Below, piece by piece: positions 10,089 through 20,165 of a DNA stretch of 64,000 bases (positions are counted from its first letter, which is position 1; each line of letters starts with the position of its first letter). Source of the stretch: a virus. The stretch spans positions 1-64,000 of the IMG/VR virus record IMGVR_UViG_3300045988_159857, one strand, 5' to 3'. The notes below the pieces were generated by a model. It did not search any database. It was not told the DNA's origin and worked only from the letters and a program-made list of their open reading frames with translations. The position numbers were made by a program, and so were the translations under genes.

Positions 10089-11558
10089 TTACTTCCCAGT
10101 TAATTTCCATATAAAAGTTTCTTGTCCACTATCAATGACAGGTAAGAACCCGTGAGCTAACATGATAGTATCGTTACTACTAGATTTCCCATAATAACCA
10201 TATTGATTACCAAATAACTGGTCAAACCCTCTTTGTCTAAGAAGATTATCTGTTATATGTTTGTTAGTTTTAGGATTATACCAGTGCCTACTTAAAGTTG
10301 TACCCTTACTCGTAAATCCTAGTTTGTGATAAACTTTCCCTTCAAACTTTGATTTGTCACAGTATGATATAATACTTTTAGGAGTAAATTTAGTTATAAA
10401 ATGCTTAAATAATTTTTCTTCACCTCCTACAACATAATAAGGACTACATAATCTAATTAGTTCGTATTCGTAATTCTTATTGTAACGAGGTTTACCAAAC
10501 GTCATTACAGAGACTAATTTTTCATTATTGAATAATCCTAATCGGATAGTATCTTTAGCGTATCCTTGTAAATGATACTTATTAAGGAATGTTTTTACTG
10601 TTTGTTTATCAACTTCTTTTATTACACAATCCCTTGCATAAACTTTTTCTCTTTTAGATAACAAGTTAACTATCTTAACTTCGTCATCCCAATCCCAAAC
10701 ATGAATACACCTATAATTATATTTATTTGCTAAATCTGTTTTAATTTTATGATAGTTTTCGTCTAATCCATTTTTATTTCCGTAAGGAATATAATATGTA
10801 TTATGTGTAACAGTAGGATTTATTTCAATTAAAAAATTACCTACTTTAAAATCATAACTTTTTGTTTCAAGCACGAATTCTCTTTCGTATTTAATACCGT
10901 TATTATCTAATATTTTTGCAAACTGATTGTTCGGCTTTGTAAATTTCTTTTTACGGTGTGTTGAAAGATAATCTAAACATAAAGGATTTTCAATTCCGTA
11001 TCTTTCAACCATTGTTTGTTTTTGTTTTATCAATCCTTGTTTATAAGATTCTTCTAACGTTCCATAATTAGTAATTCTTGTTTGTTGTCCTTTTTGCCAG
11101 TTGTTTATGTTATCTGAAGGGTATATTTTATACTTAGTAGCCCAACTTAGTTTAGCAGCTTGTTTTTTACTTTTATGACAATCAAAATAATCAATTATTT
11201 TATCAAGCATATAACTTTTAACATTATATTTATCCATCATATACTTACGAGAGTTATTGAGTACCAAGTAATCGTTTACAAACTCTTCTTTATCAATATT
11301 TTTTATTTTATAATTAAAAGTGTCGGTACGTTTCTCAAATGATTTTTTAATACTTTCGCTATGTTGTCTACTATATTCTTCTAAAGAACCGTACTTTTCA
11401 ATTATTTTCTTTTTACGGTGAGCGTCTTTATTGTCTTTTGTCCAAAAATTCTTACCTACACTTTTAAGATGTATATCACAATTACTCTTATGACCTAAAA
11501 ATGATTGTTTATTTTCAACTGTTTTTCCACATTCACATTTATACAACAAGACAAACAC
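10089..11558 (-). CDS. Free-standing endonuclease-like mobile gene (Zn-finger N-terminus, PD-(D/E)xK-like core, GNAT-like C-terminal domain)
   Basis: CECGK...HKSNCDIH finger. Core SYDFKVGNFLIEINPTVTHN...YRCIHVWDWDD. C-terminus ARDCVIKEV...FLNKYHLQGY...LIRLC...VVGGEEKLFKHF. Inserted between the capsid and adaptor genes with its own promoter. Confidence 0.4.
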   Translation of the reverse strand: MFVLLYKCECGKTVENKQSFLGHKSNCDIHLKSVGKNFWTKDNKDAHRKKKIIEKYGSLEEYSRQHSESIKKSFEKRTDTFNYKIKNIDKEEFVNDYLVLNNSRKYMMDKYNVKSYMLDKIIDYFDCHKSKKQAAKLSWATKYKIYPSDNINNWQKGQQTRITNYGTLEESYKQGLIKQKQTMVERYGIENPLCLDYLSTHRKKKFTKPNNQFAKILDNNGIKYEREFVLETKSYDFKVGNFLIEINPTVTHNTYYIPYGNKNGLDENYHKIKTDLANKYNYRCIHVWDWDDEVKIVNLLSKREKVYARDCVIKEVDKQTVKTFLNKYHLQGYAKDTIRLGLFNNEKLVSVMTFGKPRYNKNYEYELIRLCSPYYVVGGEEKLFKHFITKFTPKSIISYCDKSKFEGKVYHKLGFTSKGTTLSRHWYNPKTNKHITDNLLRQRGFDQLFGNQYGYYGKSSSNDTIMLAHGFLPVIDSGQETFIWKLTGK

Positions 11559-11576
11559 ACCTTTCTACTAATATTT

Positions 11577-11609
11577 AGTATATTATAATTTACAATATTG
11601 ATTAACTAA
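11577..11609 (-). promoter_or_regulatory. Early-type promoter variant driving the endonuclease-like gene
   Basis: On the minus strand: TTTAGTTAATC, with -35 TTAATC (11600-11605), a 17-nt spacer and -10 TATACT (11577-11582). Confidence 0.4.
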
Positions 11610-11618
11610 ATTTAAGTA

Positions 11619-11650
11619 ACAAAAAAGACAGGTATGTTTCAACCTGTCTT
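11619..11650 (-). terminator. Intrinsic terminator after the major capsid gene
   Basis: 9-bp stem, 11625-11633 with 11642-11650 (AAGACAGGT/ACCTGTCTT), followed on the minus strand by TTTTTTG. Confidence 0.7.
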
Positions 11651-11668
11651 TATTTATAGGTTTAATTG

Positions 11669-13153
11669 TTAGCTGTTAACTTTAACATTAAGGTTGTTAA
11701 CATTGGTATCAAGTAAGTTACCTTTAACGAGGAGGTATGAATACTGTCCAACTTCACCCTCTTTAGTGTCTACAACCTCGTCTCCTACTTTGTTGTATGT
11801 TGATAAGAGCTTCATATCGTACATAGTACTGAAACCTTGTGTCATTGTACCATCCGGTAAACCAAGTAACTGTGTAGGAACAACAGCCATATAAGGAGCA
11901 TAAACAGCAGCACTTGTCTGGAGGTCATTACCATTTACACCAAAGAAGAATTCTCCATCAGCAAGAGCCGGTGAAACAAATACTTTTAAGCTATCAACAG
12001 TACCTGCAAAATACGGACCATTAACTACTGCAGCAGGAGCTGGTGTCCAACCCTTAACAAATGGGAGGATTGTAAGTACATCAGCACCACAAACCATGTA
12101 GTTAGGAGCAAACTTCTGTGTTCTCTTGTAAATGATAGCCTTTGCACGAGCGATAATCTCACTAAATGCTTCGTAATACTGTGAACGAGAAATTGCCTTA
12201 TCGTCCTTATATCTTTCAAAATTAAGATTCTTATCAATCTCTGCACCATCGCTAAGTAACTTAACACCTTCAGTGTCTATTTCATACTGTAACTCGCCCT
12301 GTGCCTGAGCTGCAAGCTGTTGACCCATATCAAAGCCATAATCATTAGAAGCCTGGAAAGCTGCAATCTGGCTGTAATAAATAGCAATTCTACGAGCGTG
12401 AGCATGAAGGTCTACAGAAGCCATTGAAGCCTTAAGTGTAGGAAGTGATGTAGGTGTTTCCTGTTGAGGGATGATAACATTGTCATATATATAAAGTACC
12501 TTGACAACGGCACCAACAATAAACTTTGTATCATCCTTATTAAATGAGACTTTACCTGTGTTTGTATCAAAACTAACAGACTTATCAACAACTTCGCTAC
12601 CAGCTGCAACAACCTTATAGTGCGTGTTATCAATCATAAGCTGTTTAATTCCAAGTACGGGAGCCCAATCAAGAGTAAATGACTTGGAAGTGTCAGTAAC
12701 AATATCACCCTCAACTACGGTGTGTGATTCGCTAATGGTGTCAGATGTGTAACGAGCACGGTCCTCGTCCATCTTGCCCATATGATAAGGACTATTAAAG
12801 AGGTCATTAACCTTTACGCCACCCTTATCAATACCAGCAGAATACTTAACATAAGTAACATAACCTGCAATGCTTGTCATAGGCTGAACAAGCATAATCT
12901 CGGGAAGGATAAGATTCGGTACAGCTAAGTTTGTGATATTGAGACAAAATCTCTTGTAATCTCCCATTGCACTACGCTGTGTAGCAGCAGAAGTTTCAAA
13001 AGCTTCGTTCATAAACTTAGATGTGTTTTCAAGCATAGCTGCTAAAGCAACTTTCTTTTGTGCTGACATTGCAGCACCATTATGTGACTTTTTATGAATC
13101 GACTCAGCTAAAGCAATACGCTTAGCATAAGATTCAAGTAAATTCTTTGCCAT
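11669..13153 (-). CDS. Major capsid protein (T4 gp23-like)
   Basis: 494 aa after the protease-scaffold gene. Segment VPNLILPEIMLVQPMTSIAGYV parallels T4 gp23 IPNLIAFDICGVQPMNSPTG. A strong terminator follows. Confidence 0.8.
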   Translation of the reverse strand: MAKNLLESYAKRIALAESIHKKSHNGAAMSAQKKVALAAMLENTSKFMNEAFETSAATQRSAMGDYKRFCLNITNLAVPNLILPEIMLVQPMTSIAGYVTYVKYSAGIDKGGVKVNDLFNSPYHMGKMDEDRARYTSDTISESHTVVEGDIVTDTSKSFTLDWAPVLGIKQLMIDNTHYKVVAAGSEVVDKSVSFDTNTGKVSFNKDDTKFIVGAVVKVLYIYDNVIIPQQETPTSLPTLKASMASVDLHAHARRIAIYYSQIAAFQASNDYGFDMGQQLAAQAQGELQYEIDTEGVKLLSDGAEIDKNLNFERYKDDKAISRSQYYEAFSEIIARAKAIIYKRTQKFAPNYMVCGADVLTILPFVKGWTPAPAAVVNGPYFAGTVDSLKVFVSPALADGEFFFGVNGNDLQTSAAVYAPYMAVVPTQLLGLPDGTMTQGFSTMYDMKLLSTYNKVGDEVVDTKEGEVGQYSYLLVKGNLLDTNVNNLNVKVNS

Positions 13154-13177
13154 AACTATTTAATTCCTTTCAAAAAT

Positions 13178-14716
13178 TTAATTTAATAATTTTAATAAAT
13201 CTTCATCTAAAACATCATCGGGGTTTTCATACCTCTTAGTTTTTTTACTTTCTGTCATGACTATTCGACTACCATCTGTAACTCCAAAATTGAATGGTAA
13301 TTTACTCATGTTCATCTTATAGTTTCTTAACTCGTCGCAAACTCTATCAATGTCATCAAATGAATAAGATTCTTTTAATTTATTCTTAATCTCGACATCT
13401 GATACTCCCAGTTGTGAAGCTTTATTTTCAATATAGCGTTTCACGGCCTCTTCAGAGGACTTACGATACTTTTCTACAAGTTTATCAGCTTTTTTCAAAT
13501 TATTTTTGTACTGGGCGTTCTTTGCTTGTGAGTCTCTACGTAACTCATTAAGTTCTTCCTTTAACGAAATTACTTCTTTGTTGTCTTTTGACATAGCTTC
13601 GTTAACTTGTTTTTTACTTTTACCAAGTTCTTCCGTTAATGAAACTATCTTTTCGTCTTTGGTGTCAATATTGTTGTTTAATGTTTTACAACTTGTCTTT
13701 AATTTTTCAAATCTTTTGTTTAATGACTCGTTTAAGTTTTTAAGCTCAATAACTTCATCATCTTTAGTTTCCAGCTGTTCCTTCATCGACACCAACTGAT
13801 TTTTAACAGCTGCATACTTTTTTACATTTTCGGATAGTGTAACAACAGCATTTTTCAACTTAGCTACTACAACTTCATTCTTAACATCTTTTGCATAACA
13901 AACTGATAGTTTTTCCTGTAGCTTTGTAACTCGTTTAGTTAAGGCTGCGTTTTCCTTTAATGCTTCCTGTAAACTTTTTAATAAATCTTCTCCGGCATTG
14001 TCGGCTTCGTCATTATGTTTGTTTACATCGTCATCCTGTACGTCACTTATTGTTTCGTCTGATGACTCTTTATAGTCTAACCCAATTCTACCTAAACACT
14101 CTTCCATCGTGGCCCTGATTTTAGGAGTTTCGGCTGAATTAAGTTCTTCATTTAATGTTTTATACAATGTTTTATTACCAATTGATTCATTTACATAATT
14201 AAGTCGAGCAGACTCTACGGCAGGAAGTAAAACAGCGTCCCAACACTCACACTCATAAGTGTCTTCATCAACAACTTCTGTTCCGTCATAATCTTCATAA
14301 GTATCTCCACTACCTCTAGAAGATACGCCGATATTACAACCATAGTCACACAAAGTTTTTAGTATTCTTCCACAAGGTGTATTGATTATATCAAACACAC
14401 CATAAATAACACCGTCGTCACTCTTTTTAGGAAACTCGGCTAAACATAAAGCGGCTTTAGTAATATCTGTTTCTTGTCGTCCTTCAGGATGTCCTAATTC
14501 ACCTAAACAGACTTTATTTTCTATTTTTTCTTTCATTATAGGATTTTCAAAAACTTTTTCCCATAATGCAAGTGGGTATTTTCTACCGTTTCTTGTAGGG
14601 TTTTTACCGTCAGCTATAACACCTTCAAGTCTTCCAAGAATACCTCTACTCTTTTGCTCTTCAGGAGTTAATTTCTTATATGTAAATTTATTGATATGGT
14701 TAAAACTTTCAAGCAT
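13178..14716 (-). CDS. Prohead core protease (T4 gp21-like) fused to a coiled-coil scaffold-like region
   Basis: The N-terminal ~170 aa contain NGRKYPLALWEKV, CLGELGHPEGR and NIGVSSRGSGD, matching gp21 NKRLYP, GELNHP and GVSSRGLG. Residues ~230-470 are a Lys/Glu-rich heptad sequence. Confidence 0.75.
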   Translation of the reverse strand: MLESFNHINKFTYKKLTPEEQKSRGILGRLEGVIADGKNPTRNGRKYPLALWEKVFENPIMKEKIENKVCLGELGHPEGRQETDITKAALCLAEFPKKSDDGVIYGVFDIINTPCGRILKTLCDYGCNIGVSSRGSGDTYEDYDGTEVVDEDTYECECWDAVLLPAVESARLNYVNESIGNKTLYKTLNEELNSAETPKIRATMEECLGRIGLDYKESSDETISDVQDDDVNKHNDEADNAGEDLLKSLQEALKENAALTKRVTKLQEKLSVCYAKDVKNEVVVAKLKNAVVTLSENVKKYAAVKNQLVSMKEQLETKDDEVIELKNLNESLNKRFEKLKTSCKTLNNNIDTKDEKIVSLTEELGKSKKQVNEAMSKDNKEVISLKEELNELRRDSQAKNAQYKNNLKKADKLVEKYRKSSEEAVKRYIENKASQLGVSDVEIKNKLKESYSFDDIDRVCDELRNYKMNMSKLPFNFGVTDGSRIVMTESKKTKRYENPDDVLDEDLLKLLN

Positions 14717-14795
14717 TCTTTTTACCCCTATTTTAGAAGTTTATTTTTCACTATTTAATACAATTTCTGTTTTTATAAAAAATTTTAATTTTTAG

Positions 14796-14825
14796 TTGAC
14801 GAACTACCAAAAAATATCATATATT
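14796..14825 (+). promoter_or_regulatory. Plus-strand copy of the TTAGTTGA promoter box (only one in this orientation)
   Basis: TTAGTTGACG with -35 TTGACG (14796-14801), an 18-nt spacer and -10 TATATT (14820-14825). Points into a 182-nt intergenic gap that holds an 11-bp hairpin (14858-14884). Confidence 0.35.
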
Positions 14826-14898
14826 AAATGTAGAGGTAATGTGTCAGGGGGTATACTTAAGCGTTTAGTAAAACTAAACGCTTACACTAATAAAATTT

Positions 14899-15363
14899 TT
14901 AATTTTTAATACTCTCTAAACATTTAATATCAGTTTTAATTATTCTAAGTAGTTTTATACATAAAGTAATATCATAAGTTTCGCAATAATTTGTTATAAC
15001 TTTTGTTATTTCACTTATCCTAGAATGTTTTAAAAATAGTTCTTTATTTTCACACTTTTTTGAAAATAAAAGTATTTGAGTAACAAGAGCTGATAGTGTT
15101 GTTAACACTTCCTGTGGTTCGTCAATTTCTTTAACAATATTTTTGTATAACTTAGATTTCTTATTATTGTAATTATGTCTTAATTGTTCATAAAATTTAC
15201 ACAAATCTAGTTGTCTTTTATTATTGATAAATTTAAGTACGTCAACGTTTATACTGTTACTAGTAACAGTTAAATTTATCATTTTTTGTAATTCTTCCTT
15301 TGAAATTTTATCATCAGTTGTCAAATCAGTAAGAAGAAGTAAACAATCATTTTTAGTTATCAT
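14899..15363 (-). CDS. Hypothetical protein between portal and protease genes
   Basis: 154-aa ORF with no recognisable motif. Confidence 0.5.
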   Translation of the reverse strand: MITKNDCLLLLTDLTTDDKISKEELQKMINLTVTSNSINVDVLKFINNKRQLDLCKFYEQLRHNYNNKKSKLYKNIVKEIDEPQEVLTTLSALVTQILLFSKKCENKELFLKHSRISEITKVITNYCETYDITLCIKLLRIIKTDIKCLESIKN

Positions 15364-15396
15364 TATAAAACTCCTTTTAGGTATTACCTACTAAGT

Positions 15397-17271
15397 TTAT
15401 TGTGTATCATTCATATCGACTCCCAGTTCGATTGGACTTGGTAATTTGTCGTCACTTAATGCAACTTCATTATCACTTTTTTCAAGTGTCTTGGGAGAGC
15501 CCTCCTGAGGGAGTATTGTATCATTCAAGTCTTGTTTTGGGGAATTGTCAAAAGACATTTTCGGTTCCCTTGTACTACTCATCTCATCTTCAAGATAATC
15601 ATTGTCATCCTCAAGGTCAACTTCTTCAGAATTTTCTTGTTCTAATTTATCTATTTCTTGTTGAATTATTTCAATAACTTCGTTATCGTCAACAATATTT
15701 TTAAGTAATACCTTAAGAATTTTAAGTTTTGAACCCGTATCCTCTATGTCAGATAACATGTTCATTATGTCAGAAGTTAATTGAACTTTATTACTTAAAT
15801 TATCTCTTCTATCAATTTCTTCCTGTGTTACGGGGATTAACATATGTATCTTAAATTCATTGACATAACTATCTAATTGTTTATCAATTAACAAAAGATT
15901 TATAGCATCCGTTATTGCTTGAATCATTGTTGTTTGGATACGTTTAATCATTTTAGCATAACGAGAAGATATTATAGACAATGAGGAACCGCCATTAAAT
16001 CCTGTGCTATCATCTGTTTGTGCGAAAAACTGTTTCGGTACTCTAAGTGCCCCATATAACAAATTTTGATAATAGTCAAGGTCAGCTAAACTTTTTACAT
16101 CGACATCTCCCCCAATTTGAGAAGTTGTTACAGCTCCCTTACCTTCATGAGTGGGAATATAAACATTATTCTCAATAGGTCCAGGGTTGGTATATTCAGC
16201 CATACCAGTATTTTTGTTTATTGCGCTTTTCTGCTCAATAAGACGCTTAACATCCATTAGAACTTTAGTGACATTTTCTTTAGGCATATCACCGACTTCA
16301 ATGTTAATCATTCTTACTATTGAAGATTTTGTCAATCTATTTAATAAAACAGAAGTTTGTAAAAGATTTAATTCTCGCCATATTTTGAAAATGTTACTTA
16401 ATAATGAATTACCTCTTCTAACTTTATATGTTTTAGCATTTAACTGACTTTCATAATCTTTATTATTAAGATAAATATTAACGGTTTCTTCTTCTCTACC
16501 AATATCATCCTCTAAAGCTGCGTGTACAAATTCTGTGGCAGGATACAATTCCAAATCTTGTTGTTTGAAATTATAGACAAAATTCATATATTGTGTTAAA
16601 TCATCTTTTTTAATTGTACCCCCTTGTATGGGAGTTTTCACATAACCTACTGTTTTACCAAGTCTAGTTAACTCAAACATTTCAGCAGGATTTGCTACCA
16701 TCTCTATATATGTTGCATACCTATCAGATTTTTTGTAATCAATTATTTTAAGGTTTTCATTAAGTTCCTTATTCTTTTTGTTGTTATTAAATAACTCGTC
16801 ATCATAATCTGACTCACGATATAACCTTAAATAAACATCACCGTAACGACATAATGAATATGTCCATTTGAAAATGTTTTTATTGACATTCAAACTATCT
16901 AAAAGAAATTCAACATACTTAGCAACTTCAGGCCTTGACGATTCAACCCAAACAATATCCCCATTTTCATTTCTTTCCGTAGCGTCCTCGGCATATGTCT
17001 CAACTACGGCACTTATTGTACCGTCTTCACACATACTGTCAATCATATTATATAATTCGTTTCTATTTGTAGCAGTTTGAGATAAACTATTAAACGAGTT
17101 AATATCAAACTGGGAAGAAGCTGCGGCTCCTATTATATTTGAGTATAAAGTTTTATCTAAGTCAATATCCCTTTTTCTGTCAGGAACAACTTCAGATTTT
17201 ATTTTATTATTATAAAGTTCATCGTCTTGCACAAAAGCTGAGCCTACATTGTTCTTATCAGACATAAACAC
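15397..17271 (-). CDS. Portal protein
   Basis: 624 aa in the canonical position between TerL and the prohead protease. Acidic C-terminal tail. Start may be MSDKNN (17265). Confidence 0.7.
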   Translation of the reverse strand: MFMSDKNNVGSAFVQDDELYNNKIKSEVVPDRKRDIDLDKTLYSNIIGAAASSQFDINSFNSLSQTATNRNELYNMIDSMCEDGTISAVVETYAEDATERNENGDIVWVESSRPEVAKYVEFLLDSLNVNKNIFKWTYSLCRYGDVYLRLYRESDYDDELFNNNKKNKELNENLKIIDYKKSDRYATYIEMVANPAEMFELTRLGKTVGYVKTPIQGGTIKKDDLTQYMNFVYNFKQQDLELYPATEFVHAALEDDIGREEETVNIYLNNKDYESQLNAKTYKVRRGNSLLSNIFKIWRELNLLQTSVLLNRLTKSSIVRMINIEVGDMPKENVTKVLMDVKRLIEQKSAINKNTGMAEYTNPGPIENNVYIPTHEGKGAVTTSQIGGDVDVKSLADLDYYQNLLYGALRVPKQFFAQTDDSTGFNGGSSLSIISSRYAKMIKRIQTTMIQAITDAINLLLIDKQLDSYVNEFKIHMLIPVTQEEIDRRDNLSNKVQLTSDIMNMLSDIEDTGSKLKILKVLLKNIVDDNEVIEIIQQEIDKLEQENSEEVDLEDDNDYLEDEMSSTREPKMSFDNSPKQDLNDTILPQEGSPKTLEKSDNEVALSDDKLPSPIELGVDMNDTQ

Positions 17272-17313
17272 TCTATTACCTTTCTATAAAATATCTATAA
17301 TTTTTCATACAAT

Positions 17314-19344
17314 TTACCATACCATTATACCGTCAGAAATAAACCCAGAACTAACAGGTACAGAAGGTCCGAAACCAAAATCTAAGTCTTTAGAATTTTG
17401 TTTAGGAATTGTTTTTTGTGGTCTAAATAAATTTTTTAATTCGTTTTCAAAGTCAACTGTAATTTGTTCTTGAGTTTGATTAGTAGAACTTGAAGCTACA
17501 CTTACTAATGTATCAATGTCCTCTCCATACTCAATAGAAAATTCATCAGCGTGTAACGAGGCATTATAAAGAGAGCCACACACGGCATCAGCACTGTCCT
17601 TTGAGTTTATAGAGGAAGGACTATGGTCTATTTTACCGGAATTATTATCCCTTTCAAGTCCTATCAATTCTTCTTTAAGTAAAGTACTTTGATAAAATTC
17701 TATTCTTTCTTCATATATTGTAGACCTTAAGTATTGATAAGGTTTACAAATTCTGTCCGTATCTACCCGGTCCACCGAAATTATAGATGTATTAAAACCT
17801 TCAGCATTCAATGTTTGCTGTAATTGTGCTGATTGATATGTATCCGTACTGACCCCCGCAACTTTAAATCCTTGTTGTTTTAACCAACGTATAAAGTTTC
17901 TATTTTTCTCAAAGGATATCTGATAACCTCGTGGGGCTTTAACCGAAACATTGAAAGCTACTGTGTAGTACATATCTTTAGATGGAGGTTCACCCTCAGT
18001 AGGAGGTTTTTTACCCCTTTGAAAGACTCCAGCAATGCCTGTTTTATCTCCACTTAAAGACATATCAAGATGAATATAAAGTGGTTTTGTTTTCAACTCA
18101 GGTTTGATTCTACTAACATCAAAAAAGTCCCAATATTGAGTTGTATCTTCTTTAGCGTTACCAACTTCTATTATTTCTTTTACAAAGGCATTTTGATAAG
18201 TCGTTGTTTCAACAGCGGCTAAACGAGGTCCTGAAATGTATCTGTTAGAGCTCGTTGTTGATATACCTGCAATATCCGTTAAAGCAACATCAATGTCTTC
18301 TATAAAGTTTTCATAGTAACCGATTGGTACCTCAATTATCTTGTAACCTCTATTTCGTACTTTGTTACACTCTTCCTCTGTAATGTTTAATGGTAAAACT
18401 TCGGAACTAAGGAATTTTGAACCTACTGCGACTTTAAACTTTACTTTACTGTCTTTATCTTCTCTTATGACCCATTGTGGTTCATCTACAACATATGTTG
18501 TACCCATATCCAATTTTCTTTTTGTTTGAATAAATGTTTCCATATAGGACTGTTCGGTTCTTTTTGATGAAGCTACAACTAGTAAGGTAGGATTTTTATC
18601 ATTCTTCATAAAACGAGATTGCATACGGGCGGCAGCTGTATTTACTAATAATTTAGCTTTTTCTTTTTGTTTATTTACATCGGAATTAGGTTGAAAGGAT
18701 ACTTCATCAAAAAAGGCCCAGAAAACTGCACGTCCAATTATATGTCTACTTTGGGAACCACATATAAGTTCAATCTTTTTACCGGGAGACCAGGTAGGAT
18801 AATTACCTTTTGAAAGTGTGCCGTGTTCTAAAAACCATGCAGATGATTGAAGTAGTTGCTGTAATTTGTCCCATCCAACACCCTCTGCGGCGTCTAATGT
18901 AATGTTCATTATTGCAAAAGATATCTTATCAATAGGTTGTAATCCGTAATATAAATAAGGGTCTTTTAAGCATAACATACGATATAATTCGTAGGTTCCA
19001 GTTAATATAGCTTCAAGTGATTTGCCTAAACCTATACCTCCGGTAAGTGCTAACGTGTTATATCGTGCTGGTTTCAAAGGGTCTGGAAATATCTTTTTTA
19101 GCACATCAACCCAATAGGGATATACCGTAAACTTTCCTTCTTCATTTATCAAACCTTTACCGAGATACTTTGGGTCATGTAAAAATGTTTCAATATCTAC
19201 AGGTATTTCTTCATAGTCAGAAATAAGCAGTTCATTGTATGTAGATGAACTGCCTTGTTTAGAATATTCAGAAAGAATTTTTAACACAATATCTTTTTCT
19301 TTTTCCGATAAAGTATTTAATACATCAAATTCGTTAGATATCAT
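17314..19344 (-). CDS. terL: Terminase large subunit
   Basis: Walker A LTGGIGLGKS, Walker B-like VFWAFFDEVSF, C-terminal nuclease-type HLDMSLSGDKTGIAG. 676 aa directly upstream of the portal gene. Confidence 0.85.
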   Translation of the reverse strand: MISNEFDVLNTLSEKEKDIVLKILSEYSKQGSSSTYNELLISDYEEIPVDIETFLHDPKYLGKGLINEEGKFTVYPYWVDVLKKIFPDPLKPARYNTLALTGGIGLGKSLEAILTGTYELYRMLCLKDPYLYYGLQPIDKISFAIMNITLDAAEGVGWDKLQQLLQSSAWFLEHGTLSKGNYPTWSPGKKIELICGSQSRHIIGRAVFWAFFDEVSFQPNSDVNKQKEKAKLLVNTAAARMQSRFMKNDKNPTLLVVASSKRTEQSYMETFIQTKRKLDMGTTYVVDEPQWVIREDKDSKVKFKVAVGSKFLSSEVLPLNITEEECNKVRNRGYKIIEVPIGYYENFIEDIDVALTDIAGISTTSSNRYISGPRLAAVETTTYQNAFVKEIIEVGNAKEDTTQYWDFFDVSRIKPELKTKPLYIHLDMSLSGDKTGIAGVFQRGKKPPTEGEPPSKDMYYTVAFNVSVKAPRGYQISFEKNRNFIRWLKQQGFKVAGVSTDTYQSAQLQQTLNAEGFNTSIISVDRVDTDRICKPYQYLRSTIYEERIEFYQSTLLKEELIGLERDNNSGKIDHSPSSINSKDSADAVCGSLYNASLHADEFSIEYGEDIDTLVSVASSSTNQTQEQITVDFENELKNLFRPQKTIPKQNSKDLDFGFGPSVPVSSGFISDGIMVW

Positions 19345-19409
19345 CTACTCGACCTCATTCAAAGTTACAGATACTTCTCTAACCATTTGTCAATGTCAAA
19401 GTTTTGGTC

Positions 19410-20153
19410 TTAAATGTCATCAAAGTCATCATCTTCGACATTCCTGTCTGGTTCAATTTTTATTTCATCCTTACTGAAAGTGTATTTTCCACCTTCCGCA
19501 ATTATCTGTATGTCTTTTCCGAGTTCCTTTATTTCAATCTTAATATCTTTGTCGAATATATTTGATAATTTATACTCAACCTCTTCCACAAAATAATCTA
19601 AGTTAGTGTATTTATAGAATAACGACTGTCGTACTCCCTCTTTTACAAGTCCGTTCAATCTGTCTTGACTTCTTTTCTCTTCAATATGTTTTTGTAGTTC
19701 TTTATCAAAGTAGTCAACTACTAAAACAGGAAACTTAGTATCCCAAGAAGTTAATTGTGCGGCAACATACATTCTATGTCTACCCTCTTGTGTGTTATGG
19801 GCGTAGTTAAGAAAGGTTATCGGAAATTTCTTTTTAGCTTCTAAAATTACTTTTTTAAGATAATTTATAGATTCTGTATCAGCTTTTGTTTGTCTAATTT
19901 GTTTTTCTGCATTATTACCAAATATTTTACCACATCCTTCAAAATATTCTTTTGGTGTTAACATTTTGATTTCTGTTTTTAAGTTTTTCGCCTTTTTACC
20001 ATATTCGGGGTCTTTAATTAAGTCGTCATAGAAAGACATACCGGTTTTAGTTTTATCAAACAAGTCGTTAGCTGAAACAGTCTCAGTACCATAGTCAAAG
20101 TAGTTTGTACCGTTAACCGTAAAGTCATTTTCAAATAATTTTTGTCTTTTCAT
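19410..20153 (-). CDS. ParB-like nuclease-domain protein (possible packaging accessory / small-terminase role)
   Basis: Motif NTQEGRHRMYVAAQL resembles the ParB/Srx DGxHR box. Lies immediately upstream of terL. Confidence 0.35.
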   Translation of the reverse strand: MKRQKLFENDFTVNGTNYFDYGTETVSANDLFDKTKTGMSFYDDLIKDPEYGKKAKNLKTEIKMLTPKEYFEGCGKIFGNNAEKQIRQTKADTESINYLKKVILEAKKKFPITFLNYAHNTQEGRHRMYVAAQLTSWDTKFPVLVVDYFDKELQKHIEEKRSQDRLNGLVKEGVRQSLFYKYTNLDYFVEEVEYKLSNIFDKDIKIEIKELGKDIQIIAEGGKYTFSKDEIKIEPDRNVEDDDFDDI

Positions 20154-20165
20154 TCTCTTAAACCT

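Noticed and set aside
12025-12633. Minus-strand ORFs 12025..12267 and 12412..12633. The same reasoning applies to 8987..9178, 44827..45057, 55400..55591 and 58921..59184.
   Set aside because: These are alternative frames nested inside clearly coding genes such as the capsid gene, with odd composition and no SD.
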